Shown: piece by piece, positions 36,801 to 48,500 of the stretch
Layout of the letters: each line of letters starts with the position of its first letter
Position numbering within the stretch: position 1 is the first letter of the stretch
Position numbers and translations under genes: made by a program
Origin: Antedon mediterranea
Lineage: Eukaryota; Animalia; Echinodermata
Assembly (NCBI RefSeq): GCF_964355755.1
Contig: NC_092673.1
Coordinates: forward strand, 24,735,648-24,799,647
DNA length: 64,000 nt
Direction of reading: 5' to 3'
The notes under the pieces: generated by a model
What the model was told of the DNA's origin: nothing
The model's input: only the letters and a program-made list of their open reading frames with translations
Database searches by the model: none

Positions 36801-38216
36801 TAAATCGCCTTTCACTTTTACTGGTAGCATTCTCTTCTCTTTTTTATGTGTTCCTGACATTTCTATAAAAAAATAAATATAATCATAACTATAACATTTT
36901 TCAAAACATACAAAATCAAGTTTAAACAATAAATAAATATTGCATTTAAATAAAATTCTATATTACTTTCAATTAATAGAATGGTCTTACCAGACAAATT
37001 GTTGAAATAATAGTTGGATGTCTTGATTCTTTAAATTAAAGTCTGATATCTACTGTAAATAAAGCAAAATAAAAAGTTAAAATAAAACAAAAGATGATTA
37101 TTCCTTATACTATTGAAATCATCCAATGGCAGACCACCATTATGGTCACGTGGCATATATCAGCCAATGACAGAATAGTACACCGCCATATGCAATTTCC
37201 AAAACCACACCAGTTATTTCAAATGGTGTTTTAATCTTAAATTATCTAATTAATTACATTGGAATCTAAACAAATATCGTATAAAATAATAATAATTAAT
37301 ATTTATATTTGACATTTTAGTCACAAATCTGGCTATAGTACGTCGATTTCATAAAAAATATGGCATTTTTAATCTGCTTTAACATGCACTATTCATTGAA
37401 TATAGTGTATTGAACAACATCCATTCTCAACCCCCAGCTCTGAAGTTGGGTTATTTGTTGTGGGCTAAACTGTGATTGATTAACGATCAATTTTCTTCAA
37501 ACTTAGTAGGAATACTGTTTATATTATAAAGAAAAATACAGGATATTTTTTGAAAAAGACAATACTTACGAAATGTGTAAAATTAATGCGTTTTTCCAAT
37601 GCTAAAATTAACTTGTGTACCACGTCGCGATCGCTTTTCTAAAAATGTTGTTTTTTTGACAAAAATAAACTTTGACCTGTTTACTATGTAAACAAGTTCA
37701 AAGGTTAGTGAAATTCAGCCAATAAGCATTTTAAATTAATTTTTTAAATCAAGCACCTATATGAAGACGAAAAAAACAGGAACGAGTTTCCCGACGAAAC
37801 CCACAGTGTGTGACGTCACGTATCTTGACATACCTAGCCTAGTACAGATAAAAATCATGTCCACTACTAAAGTTTTTAACATAATCATCAACTTATTTGC
37901 ATGTTAGGCCTAGGCCTAGGTAGAATTATTATCATCAATTTGTTAAATCATATTGCCGAAAGTAACCTGGTCCAAGCTTATTTGACTGGCCTAGGGCTAG
38001 CCTATGTACAAGTTAATAACTCAATACGGATGCCTCTCACTGCCCTCAATCCCTCGGCATGTGGCATCGGTCTTGGCCATCACATTGATTGAACATGCCT
38101 GCTGCTAGCCTGGTTGGTAAACTTTTGTTAGGAAAAGAGGCATGATAGAATTCGGATTATTTCTATAGTACACAGGTTAATTACACACTAATTTAACTTA
38201 ATATATTGCTTACCAT
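27516..38216 (-). CDS. NOP56: Nucleolar protein 56 (box C/D snoRNP core protein), 10 coding exons, 540 aa
   Basis: Exons in transcript order: 38214-38216 (ATG only), 35803-36004, 35504-35674, 31896-32094, 31246-31433, 30295-30446, 29612-29712, 28967-29115, 28151-28272, 27516-27851. All GT-AG with consistent phases, total 1623 nt. Motifs: [85 protein letters not shown], and a K/E-rich tail. Confidence 0.97.
27883..28000. mobile_element. MITE family A copy (NOP56 intron 9)
   Basis: Degenerate TIRs and internal motif. Confidence 0.65.
28151..28272 (-). CDS. NOP56: NOP56 exon 9
   Basis: [24 protein letters not shown]; 122 nt. Confidence 0.97.
28413..28735. repeat. Imperfect tandem duplication (~190-bp offset) in NOP56 intron 8
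   Basis: GGCAAAGGTATT...ATCATGGCG...GTTGTTGAACATTAAATCAC occurs twice. Confidence 0.85.
28763..28829 (-). ncRNA. Weak candidate box C/D snoRNA in NOP56 intron 8
   Basis: GGAAU/AUUCC terminal stem and a correctly placed CUGA D box, but a degenerate C box UGAAUGA. Confidence 0.2.
28967..29115 (-). CDS. NOP56: NOP56 exon 8
   Basis: [23 protein letters not shown]...RIDCFS; 149 nt. Confidence 0.97.
29157..29463. mobile_element. MITE family D (TTAA-AGATGTATTGTCCCC ends, Kolobok-like)
   Basis: Shared ends and interior with 41616-41882, 50970-51254 and 55865-56595. Confidence 0.7.
29612..29712 (-). CDS. NOP56: NOP56 exon 7
   Basis: [33 protein letters not shown]; 101 nt. Confidence 0.97.
30295..30446 (-). 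CDS. NOP56: NOP56 exon 6
   Basis: [11 protein letters not shown]...[11 protein letters not shown]; 152 nt. Confidence 0.97.
30572..30863. mobile_element. Palindromic interspersed repeat, copy 2 (NOP56 intron 5)
   Basis: Reverse complement of 2321-2622. Confidence 0.85.
31135..31205 (-). ncRNA. Candidate intronic box C/D snoRNA-like element in NOP56 intron 5
   Basis: Sense to host: GUGAAGA (31205-31199) ... CUGA (31138-31135), 71 nt, a GC-richer island 40 nt from the donor; weak terminal stem; no target identified. Confidence 0.35.
31246..31433 (-). CDS. NOP56: NOP56 exon 5
   Basis: [10 protein letters not shown]...ASKSSM; 188 nt. Confidence 0.97.
31896..32094 (-). CDS. NOP56: NOP56 exon 4
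   Basis: [12 protein letters not shown]...[12 protein letters not shown]; 199 nt. Confidence 0.97.
32295..35494. mobile_element. Non-autonomous DNA transposon with 5-bp TSD (outer element of a nested pair)
   Basis: GTTTC at 32290-32294 and 35495-35499; imperfect TIR CTGGGGTAGCACT / CTAGGCTCGCACT; subterminal TAGCCA/TGGCGA repeats. Confidence 0.7.
32616..34376. mobile_element. Non-autonomous DNA transposon with 5-bp TSD, nested in a related element
   Basis: AGCAT at 32611-32615 and 34377-34381; TIR CTACGCTCGCG(C/G)TAA; same subterminal TAGCCA/TGGCGA motifs. Confidence 0.8.
35504..35674 (-). CDS. NOP56: NOP56 exon 3
   Basis: ttccag| [13 protein letters not shown]...VVPEILR |gtatg. Confidence 0.95.
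35803..36004 (-). CDS. NOP56: NOP56 exon 2
   Basis: ttttcag| [15 protein letters not shown]...NSISE |gtata. Confidence 0.95.
36083..37836. mobile_element. Non-autonomous DNA transposon, 14-bp TIR, 7-bp TSD, in NOP56 intron 1
   Basis: TAGGTATGTCAAGA ... TCTTGACATACCTA; GCCTAGT on both flanks; internal ~140-bp direct repeats 36340-36760. Confidence 0.8.
38214..38216 (-). CDS. NOP56: NOP56 exon 1 (ATG only)
   Basis: aaaATG|gtaagc on the minus strand; phase 0 joins SLYALFEH. Confidence 0.8.
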
Positions 38217-39391
38217 TTTAAAAACCTTATTTAGTTCTGACCAATCCAATCCTAATACGGTTAAAGTGGTTTTTAAGGATAAATAATGCGTAATAAATAT
38301 GTTCTTTTCTCACGTGGAGCGAGACACCATCATCGTGGAAATAAAAACACAAGCTCGCTTAACTTCAAGTGACGTCATCGATTACTAAAATTACTGCGTT
38401 GAAAAAAGGGGAGACTAATTCTGTGTAACTGAAACGCGTTTCATGCGTAGACACTAACATTCTTGTCATTTACAATTAATTGCGCATTACATTGCGAGAA
38501 TGAATTTGGAATACATTTTACAAATTGAAATAATTAGTGATTTTTAGTGATTTATGAATTTGGCTCAATCCCGTATCGTAGCCAGATTTTTTTATAAGGG
38601 TTCTTTTCAAGGCCAGGGCAAGGGAATATAATAATAGTAGCATATTGTAGGCCTTATTATTAGATGAAAGTTATAATTTTCCTGTTTGTTTTTTGCTATG
38701 GTAAGATTGCCTAAAAATTAGTGGCCAACTGTCAATGCTGGTTTTTAGTTTGAACAAAAGGGCATTTCTGGGAAAAGAGCGGGCTTGAAATGCCATATTC
38801 AGTCAGAATGTTTGTTCTTTTAAACTTTATGTTTCTTTTGTGGAAGGGACTAACATTATTTAAAAAAAAATGAGTGGCGGTTTTCCGCCATTGTATTATA
38901 CAATACATAGAGAGTCAATACCGAAAATATTCAAAGAATAAAAAAGTCGTCAACATGCTTAGGAAGTTATGCTTTGCGTCAACAGTTTGCGTTTCAAACG
39001 CACATTTGTCAAAGTATCCGAGAACAGCATAATCACGAAAAGTGCACGCCCTCTATATTACCTCTATTATATTGGATATTTGCCAGAAATCACAACATTG
39101 TGTATAATATTAAAACATTCATATTACTAAATATTAATAATAATTTAAATAAATTGTATCACTTAATAATAACTAGGATATTATAATGTTATAAACAATC
39201 ATTCTGGCTTCAAGGTTCTGGAAAGTTATTGACATAATATTTATGATTATCTGGAAACTTATCCCATGTGTTTTCGCATGCGAATTAAAGGCCGTCTCCG
39301 TCGTCATCAATTTGCAGCCTACTAGCTTGTTAGGTCTAAACTTGAAGGGAGTAAGTTGTTTTGGTGTTTATGTTTTTATAAATTCGACATT
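38217..39391. promoter_or_regulatory. Shared divergent promoter and 5'UTR interval of NOP56 and RRP12
   Basis: Lies between two divergent ATGs. E-box CACGTG 38311-38316, CRE TGACGTCA 38370-38377, CATGTG 39265-39270, palindrome TTCGCATGCGAA 39273-39284; locally CpG-enriched. Confidence 0.7.
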
Positions 39392-39560
39392 ATGGTACGT
39401 GGTCCGGGAAGAGTGAAAGGGGGAGCAGCAACGAAAAAGAAAGTTAAACGATGGAAAAAGGGTCAAAGTTGTGTATCAAACCCAGACAATCAAATCCACC
39501 GACAGGCTGCTGTGCGCAACCGGTTCTTGCCCAACAAACCACCAGGAAGCAAGGCCCAAG
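39392..39560 (+). CDS. RRP12: RRP12 exon 1
   Basis: ATG...[13 protein letters not shown]...|gtgagt. Confidence 0.92.
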
Positions 39561-42500
39561 GTGAGTGCAATGTAGCTAACTATGGCCTACAAGGCCTAGG
39601 CTAGTATTTCAGTTAACTTGTATTAATAGTACTGTACCTAGCCTAGTTTAAGTTAGGCTAGTTTAAGACCAGTGTTACGACGTGTAATATTAATAATTAA
39701 ATATGTATGAAAAGTTACTAGTTTCAAGTATCCCATCATAATCATATAGGGCCTAGCTAGGCCTAAGCAGTTTACAAAAATACAGTTTTGTTACCTAACC
39801 ATGAGATATAATAATAATAATAAATCTCTATGACCTAACTAATTACTAAATAAGGCTACACCTAAATATATCTGTTGAACCTCTAAACTCTCTCCATTTG
39901 GTTATTATTTCATATAACTTAAATAAATATATTTTTTCCTCCATGTTTTTGTTTCACTGAAAAGTTTATTTTGACCTACTAGTTAATTCTTTCTTTTCAG
40001 AGACAAGTTTGCTGACTAAAAAGAGTTTAGAAAAACACAACGAGGATTCTGGAGACATTGATAGCGATTATGATATGAACTCTGAAGGAGGTCACAGTTA
40101 CGGCACATTTATGAGCGGACTTAGCGACTGCACAAATCCTACATTTGATCGTGTGAAACGATATTGGGATTCAAAATCAGCAAGTCATAAAGAGGTCTGG
40201 GAATTAATTATGTTTTTAAAAATATATAGTTGTCTCAAAATTGATTAAAAAAATTACACTATCCTGCCAGACAATTCAAGCATTGGTGGGATTTTTATAT
40301 TTACTGATGCCCCTGAAATTAAAATAATTTATATACACAGGTTTGTGCTGTTCTGGCCGCTGTAACAGAAGTGATTCGTGAGAAAGGTGGAAAGGAAACC
40401 GAAACGGAGTACTTTGCTGCCCTCATGACAACACTTGATTCGGTAGAAGAGGAGGATTCAAAATCGGCAGTGCTGTACCTTCTTAATTTAGTTTTAAAAA
40501 GGTAAATGTCAAATATTAGTTTAATTTTGGGCTGGGGTGAGACAGTATATTTTGTTTCATTATAACAATTTGTCTTCATTCTGTTACAGAGTTCCAGCAA
40601 ACGTGATAAAAGTGAAATTTTCAACAATTTCCAAATGCTTTATGGACATTTTATCACAGAATGCAAATTCAAACACAACATCAATAGTACGGTCTTGTTT
40701 ACAGTGCCTAGCAACCACGTTAAGAATTATTGATATGACATCATGGAATGAGGCATCAACAAAGCAAATATACCACGGAGTGTTAAGTTTTACCGTTCAT
40801 CAAAAACCAAAGGTGAAAATATTTTCAACAAGTACATTTTTGAAATGTCAACCCTTTGAAGATGTGGCCTGTGGTAATTTACTGTCCCAGAATGCGAGGC
40901 CCGTATATGTACAGGTTGACTTTTTGGGGTCACTGAATTGCACTTTTATACTTTTTTTTCCTATTCCTATTAAAAATACCTTATTTAGCATCAGTCACTT
41001 GGGGTAGATTACATAGAAATTTATAATTTAATTAAAAATATGAGATTGAAATTTAATCCTAGAAACATAAAAAAAATTTATAAAAAATAAAATATGGTAG
41101 AATAAAAATTAGTTTCAAATATCCTTTTATCAAATACTCAAATTATACAATCAATAATATACACAATTTATTGTCGAAATCTTGAATGATGTACCAAATC
41201 AGGATTTGAACCCAAGACCATGTGATTGGAAGGTGACCATTTTACTTGGATATATTTTTCCATATCAATAAAGAACACATCGATAGTAGGCCTACACTAA
41301 CAAACTTCAAACATTTCTTCACTAACAAACTTCAAACATTTCTTCACTAACAAACTTCAAACATTTCTTCACTAACAAACTTCAAACATTTCTTTTCCTT
41401 ATTAGGTAAGAAAAGCAGCCCAGAATGCAATCTCTGCGATATTGCGAGGGAGTCATTTTATGGTGTCAAGTAAACCTCCACCTCATCACCCAGGAGCTTC
41501 GCTTACAGCCAAGTTCTGCATCCAGCAGGTTGAGCAGTCGGGAGGTTGGTATATAGTCATGTTTTCATTGCAATTTTGTGTGAAAATGTTTGTACCTCAC
41601 AAAACATTGATTTATTTAAAGATATATTGTCCCCCTGAACAAATAGTTTTTCTGAGAAAACTGTAATTTAAGCAAAACATAGTCAAAGTGTCTGTCAGAA
41701 AACACATTTTTTGTTAAATTTAAATGTTTATTTTAGTCTTTATATAAATGAAATCATGATTTTTTCTTGTTTTTTTTTCTTATGGAAATGAATAACTTTA
41801 ATAAAACTGCAAAATGGCCTATTCAAAGTCTGATTTTATAAATCTTTATTTTTCATGATTTTGAGGGATAATACATCTTTAATACACTTTTTTTTTTACT
41901 AACTTTCTGAAATTATTGAATTTATTTTGAAATTATTTTGGCACAGGTACTGGAGAAGCAACAACAACTCTTCATGTCTTGGGGTTGATGAAGGATACGT
42001 TACCATGGTTTCCAAAACAAAGTATCAAATCTTGTTGCGAGACTTTATTAAGAGTCATGACTCTCAGCAATCCGGTATGTATCAATAGTGCCCTCTAGGA
42101 GTACACGCAATATTCACACGCTCTCAAACCAATCCATGTCTCCACGCTAATCTTTAAGTTTGTTTTATATAACAACAATATCAGAAATGAAACAGTAAGA
42201 GTAAGTGGCCAAGCGGTTAAGACAGTGGAACCGTAATACCTAGCCATAACATCGGCAAGTTCAAGTCTCACTCGCTCCATGGTTCTGGTGGTAGAACAAG
42301 TCTTCTCGACTATAATTCGTAGGCCCAGTGTACACATCTGGCTCGTGTGCGCTTTAAAGAACCTAATACAATTGGGGGTACCCCGGTATACTAGTACATA
42401 CACAGCCATTGTCACACACAAAAACTTACCATAACTCATATTGAGGGCCCCTTGATTGTCAGCATACGCTGTTTAAGGTCACCCTCTATAAATAAGATTA

Positions 42501-45500
42501 AATAAAAATGATAAAAAATAAAGCATGATAGTTGCATCACAAAGATAATGAAATCATTATCATTAAAATATGCAAGTTAGGTAAAGTCGAATAAAATACT
42601 AATAACAAGTTTAAATGATGAATATTTTGCTCCCTACAGCTTGTTACGTCTGTGTCTATGCAGTGTCTTCACAACCTGTTCTCAACCAAGCCAAGGGTGT
42701 CATCCCTACCAGCTGACCTCACTGCTCGCATCATCAATGCCTTGTATGACTACCAACCTGGGATCAATGATGCTCAACAAATGCAGGCCTGGCTTGCTGT
42801 CATGGAAGCTGCATACGTTTGTCTTGTCAAGTTAGTTTATTTTGTTTGTTTTAGTAGGCTTAACAACAACATTGTTTTTTAGAATTTTTTTAGATGAACA
42901 ATGTATTAAAATATGAATATTTTATTTTTTTTTCTTCCAGGGTCGATGAGCGCCTGTGTATGAGTCATCTTCCAAGATTCACGACAGCGGCCCTTTCCTG
43001 CTTCTTGTCGGAGAAATCTGAAGTTGCTGTTGCTGCTGCCAAAACATTAAAGGTACAGTAGTAACATTTCCCCCCATGTTTCAGCTTTGTGGCTACGTGT
43101 AAGACCTGTAACCCATTTCAATTTGAATGGCAAACAATGTATTCATTTCAAAATAAACTATTTAAGTGTAACCTATCATATTGTTAAACTTTTTATTTAT
43201 ACTATGTATATTGTATTTTTGAAACAAAATAAAACTAACCTTGCATATACTACGTCTATTCAACCATTCTTCACTATGGTTACACACTCTTTTCTCCCAT
43301 CAAGAGTTAAATTACCACCTATCTGAACTTGTACTACGGTTTAAGGTGCTCAAAATGCAAAAATTACATCAGATATACCTCTAATCTGTTGCATATAAAA
43401 CAATAATAATAATATTAATTTGTATTGGGTTGCAGGTCGTCTTCAAGGAATGTATCACTCCCTCTGTTGACTGGTTGAAAATAGAATTTGCAAGTGGCGC
43501 TGGGTCTCCTGTGCATAAGATTTTCCAAACCATAGAGGGCGGTCTTGCTTACAGGTACCATGCATCTTGGGGACTTGTTCTACAAGTAATCGGAACTTTC
43601 ATTGAGGTGAGAATGTTTAGCATATTAGCAAAAGTATTTTTTACATTCTCGCGTACCATACGCAACTCAGCATGTTTTTGCATATAAACGCGAACACGGA
43701 TTTGATTCTTGTATACAAATAATGCTAGAAATTACCATTCCATTTGCAATTAATATATTTAATTTGATAACAACTTTACTGTACTCTAACAACAAAAATG
43801 TATGTGGTCTTAATTTATTATATTAGGTCATTATGTTATAATATTAAATAACAATATTTTTGAACAGATTTACGACCACGATCTTTTGGTTTGGTTCCCC
43901 CTCCAGCTGGAATCAGTCAGGAGTCCGCCCGCTAGCCAATTTATAATACCTCAATGGCTAAAACTTAAGTTTTTCACAAAGAACTACATTTGTTTTAAAG
44001 GTTTTAGGGAAAGAGTGTCACTCCATGATGACGAAATGCCTGCAAACAATGGCTGACTTACGCAGCACTCACCAGTTTTCCTACACAGCTGAGCTGGATA
44101 AGACAATGGGGTCTGCTGTCAAGCACATTGGGCCTAGGATTGTTCTGAATGCTGTACCACTACAGATCACTGGAGATGAGTAAGTATATGCATTTAAATA
44201 CAGTAGAACCTTATTAAGGGAACACATTCTGCACCTAACTGTCCCTTTAATAGTTGTTTCCCATGAATAGGAGTTTGCCATAGTGCTGAAACATTATATA
44301 AGTGTCCCCTTAATATGTAAATGTGCCAACGGATGGGTTCTATTCTATTCAGTTTTGTAATGTAGGGTAGTACTTGTGGCTCAAATCAAATTTCTATAAT
44401 ATAACTGTCATGTTTTATTGTGTGTTATTTTGTAGTTGTTAGTACCATATCATTATTAACCTATTAACCAGAAAATGTGGGTGGGTGGAGATAACCAAGA
44501 TCCCAAATGGTTTTCCTATGAACTATGTTACTGTTTTTCATTTTTATAAGTACGGTATATGCATTATTTAAAATTTTAATATAAATATCATTTTGTTTCC
44601 TTTCCGAGTGATAATTATGGTTTTCCACGAAGTTGGTTGATACCTGTCATGAGGGAACACATTTGCAATACTGAACTACAATTCTTCAACAAGTACTTTT
44701 TACCACTAGCTGCTAAATTAAGAACAAAATGTAAGAAAATTGAATATTGAATGCCAATTTTATAAGCAAATGCTTGTGGCGATACCATGTAAAGTTAATT
44801 AAAAATGAGAAATTAAAGTTATACTTAATTTAGCAGTTTTTAAAACTGCTGAATGGATTGAAATGAACACATACATATACTTACTTAGTCCGGGACATAT
44901 CCCAACTAGATTCATAACTTCTTATCTGCCATTGTGACAGCCAGTTCATCTCTCTGCATACCAGTGTCCATCTCTAGTACATGAATGTATGTGAGTACTG
45001 GTCTACCTTTTTGGCTGCCACAGCAGAACATCTGCAATGATTTCTTCTTTATTGCGAACACATAAATTTGAAGAAACTAAAAAGCCCTTTGTGTTCTCAG
45101 AACTAAATGTTAGTGGTAGAGAGGCATAGCTATCCCCACCTAGGCTTGATCATTTCCATATAATAGACTTAAAGAAGTAATCATATTTGACTAATGTGTT
45201 GTGTTTTGTTGCTTTGTTTATTTCTTAGCACTTCAGCTCACCCAAGAAGGGAGAGGAGTTGAAGCCAAGACATACAACATCCTGCAGTCTCAGGTGTGGT
45301 CTTTGCTTCCAGGCTTCTGTAAGAATCCAACTGATCTATGCACAGCATTCAAGGACATTGCCAGGATACTCGGCTCTGCCCTTAGCGATCGACCGGACTT
45401 GCGAAAGGATGTGTGCGCTGCCCTCAGACATCTGATTACACACAACACAGAGAATGGCAAGTACTAAGTGTCCATATTTGGTATAATATTATAAAGTTTT

Positions 45501-48500
45501 TCTTGATAAACAATAATAACTATTAGTACATTTGTGGTTTTTTTTTTTATAGAAAAGAACAAGTCGGAAATTGCCAAATTTTCCAAGAATTTCCTTCCAA
45601 TTCTGTTCAACATTTACACCAAAAGTGAGCCCAAAGCACGAGATGCAGATCATTTTATCATATTTGAAACCATCAAGTCTTATTTGACAATATCTGATAA
45701 TAAGGTATGAAAAGCTGTTTTTTAATACTGTACGATGTCCATTAGACCGTTGGAATATTTTATCTTCAACTTTAAACTTGCATTAATCCGGTTAATTTGT
45801 ACACTGTGCCTTTCTTTTGAATAAGTGTGTTATAAATTTATGTTTTTGTGTTTATAGTTAATATCCAGCTTCTTTGATAAGATCTGTAGCAAGTTAACTG
45901 ACGGAGTGTCTGACAGAGCCACTGTCATGGATTTGGCCATCGTGATGGTGATGTATGTAGACAAGAAAAGATTAGCTGCAATATATAAAATTATCACAAA
46001 ACAGTTTGAGGTAAGACCCACTGAATAGGGTTGGCTGTAGTGTTAAAACGCATATTTCCCCTCACTCATTTCCATAAGATTTTTTATAATAGCTCTGTAC
46101 CCTATATGACCACCCACTTCGAAAGAATTAATAGTTACCATACCTACCACACAAGAAATAGTTAAATTTTAGGATACCCTCTGCAATTGGAAAATGTAAT
46201 ACCACTTTTTATTTTCATGGCATAAAAATAATGACATAAAGTGTATTATTAATAATATTTTTAAACGTGCTATTAAAAAACACTTATCGAGTCATTATAA
46301 CAAATACTTTATTCTAGGTTCATACCTCTTAGGTCATCCAATTTTTATCCAATTTTTATCGTCTCCTATTTTTATATTTTTAAATTGTATATCTTCTGCC
46401 ATATATTATTGTTATTCGTGTTTGTTTTTATACTGTTTGTTGTGATTGCCTATGCTGTTTTTTAAGGAACCCCATTGGAATTAAGTTGATTTTTCTTTCG
46501 ACTTTATGGGCTATACTTGGTTTCTAAATTTATTGCTTGTGTATTCTTATTGTCTTGTAATTTTATGTTAAAACTGAATAAAATCAAATCAAAAGCTTGA
46601 TTCACAGAAAAGTATTCCCTTAAAGGGTTTCAACAGATTGCTGTCTAAACAAAGAAGTTCCTATTCTAAATGTTAAAATTGTTAATCCTCTTTTGTTTTA
46701 GGATGCTGATAGAACAGTACAGAAGAAAGCCTACAGAATACTTGAGGAAATCTGTGAGAGCAAGCTGGAATCAACACAAGCGTTTATAGATTCTCATCTG
46801 AGTGATTTGCAACAAGTGTTGTTGATGAGTTTAGCTTCAGCATCACCTTCATCAAAAGCAGTATGTATATAATTAAACGTTTTATTATATTATATTTATT
46901 TATCTATAATGTTTTATCTTGTTATCGTATATCTTGTAGTTTTTACATTTTTATATTAAATATATTTATTTGCATTATTATATTTTATATTTAAATGACA
47001 TTTGTAATACTTTTAGACCCTGCCTCCCCCAGCCCCCCTCTCCTCCTTATTTCAAAATCAAGGATCCGTCACTGCAATGGACAATCTTAAGGTTGTGAAT
47101 ATTGAGGCTTTTAAAGTTCACCTTTTTGTTTCCTTCCTTTTAGCCAAGGTTACGCTGTCTGATCCAGATTGTGAAACGTCTTCCTAGTGGTCAACATGAG
47201 TTTCTGCAGGCTATTATCCCAGAGGTGATACTTTGTACCAAAGAAGTAAACACAAAGGCCAGAGCTTCTGCCTTCACATTACTCATTGAGACCAGCAATG
47301 CTATGCTTAGATGGGACGCTGATAACAGACAAGGTAAGGCAGTATAAAGCATGGTTCTCACTAGGACGCAAACACAACGATGTATTGACGCAAAGTGCTG
47401 TAATCACGAGTGGGAACCGACGGCGCAATAATGCTGCAAACATCGCAGGTTGTATTCCATGCAGACGGGGGCAAACACATTATTACGTTCCGTAGGTTGC
47501 GTTATGTTGCGTCGCTAGTGAAAACCAAGCTTTATGATGATTGGTATATGTGGAAATAAGTGATGTAACTGATAGTGTACCAGTTTCTTGAACCGAAAGG
47601 TGGTAGTGCGTTCTCTTTAGAATTCCTTTTTACCCCACAATATCAATATTTCTGCTTTTATATATCTGTTGGTTTCGATGAATTAGACTATAGTTTTCTT
47701 TGATTGATGTGTGCTCTCCTAGGTTTTCCTCCTTGAAGATAATGGCAATTATTTAAAAAGTTTTTTTTATTTGATTTTCATTTTGTTCCTCCAGAATGCC
47801 TTGGTCAGTTCTTGGATTTAGTGGTAGCTGGCTTTGCTGGTTCTCCTCAGATGATAAGTGCTACCATATTGTCACTAACAAGAATTGTTTATGAATACAG
47901 AGGTATGTTATTCCCAGTGCAGATTGCGAGGAAAGTTTCTAGAGAATTAAACTTGCCAGACTAATACAAACACCACTATTTTGTTTTCAGAATATCTCTT
48001 GGATTGAATTGATACACTCCATGGATAATCACATCCTGTTGTATAAGCTTGTCCCTTGAATAGATGTCCCCTTTTATAGAAATGTCTCTGTTATACATGT
48101 CCCTTGTATAGACATATTCCTCTCATTGCCTCGTCCTTCGGATGGGATGTAAAGCCGTTGGTCCCGTGTACTTAACAGTGCACGTTAAAGAACTTTGTAC
48201 ACTATTCGAAAAGAGTAGGGGATCGTCTCCCGGTGTGCTGATCTGGTAGGCGCTGCACTGCTGGCTGCCGTGGGTCCGTGGAGTTTCCTCAGTTTCCAGT
48301 TAAGCCTGAGGACAAATATGAATACATTTACCTTTACCTTTTATTCCCTTGGATGGACATGTCTATTTGTATAGATAGTTCTGCTTGTATAGACCCACCT
48401 CTTGGATAGATATGTCCCCTTGGATAGATATGTCCCCTTGTATAGACCCACCTCTTGGATAGATATGTCCCCTTGGATAGATATGTCCCCTTGTATAGAC

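Noticed and set aside
42200-42275. tRNA gene (also 935-1022, 9880-9945, 41195-41250)
   Set aside because: Only A/B-box similarity without a proper cloverleaf; better explained as SINE heads
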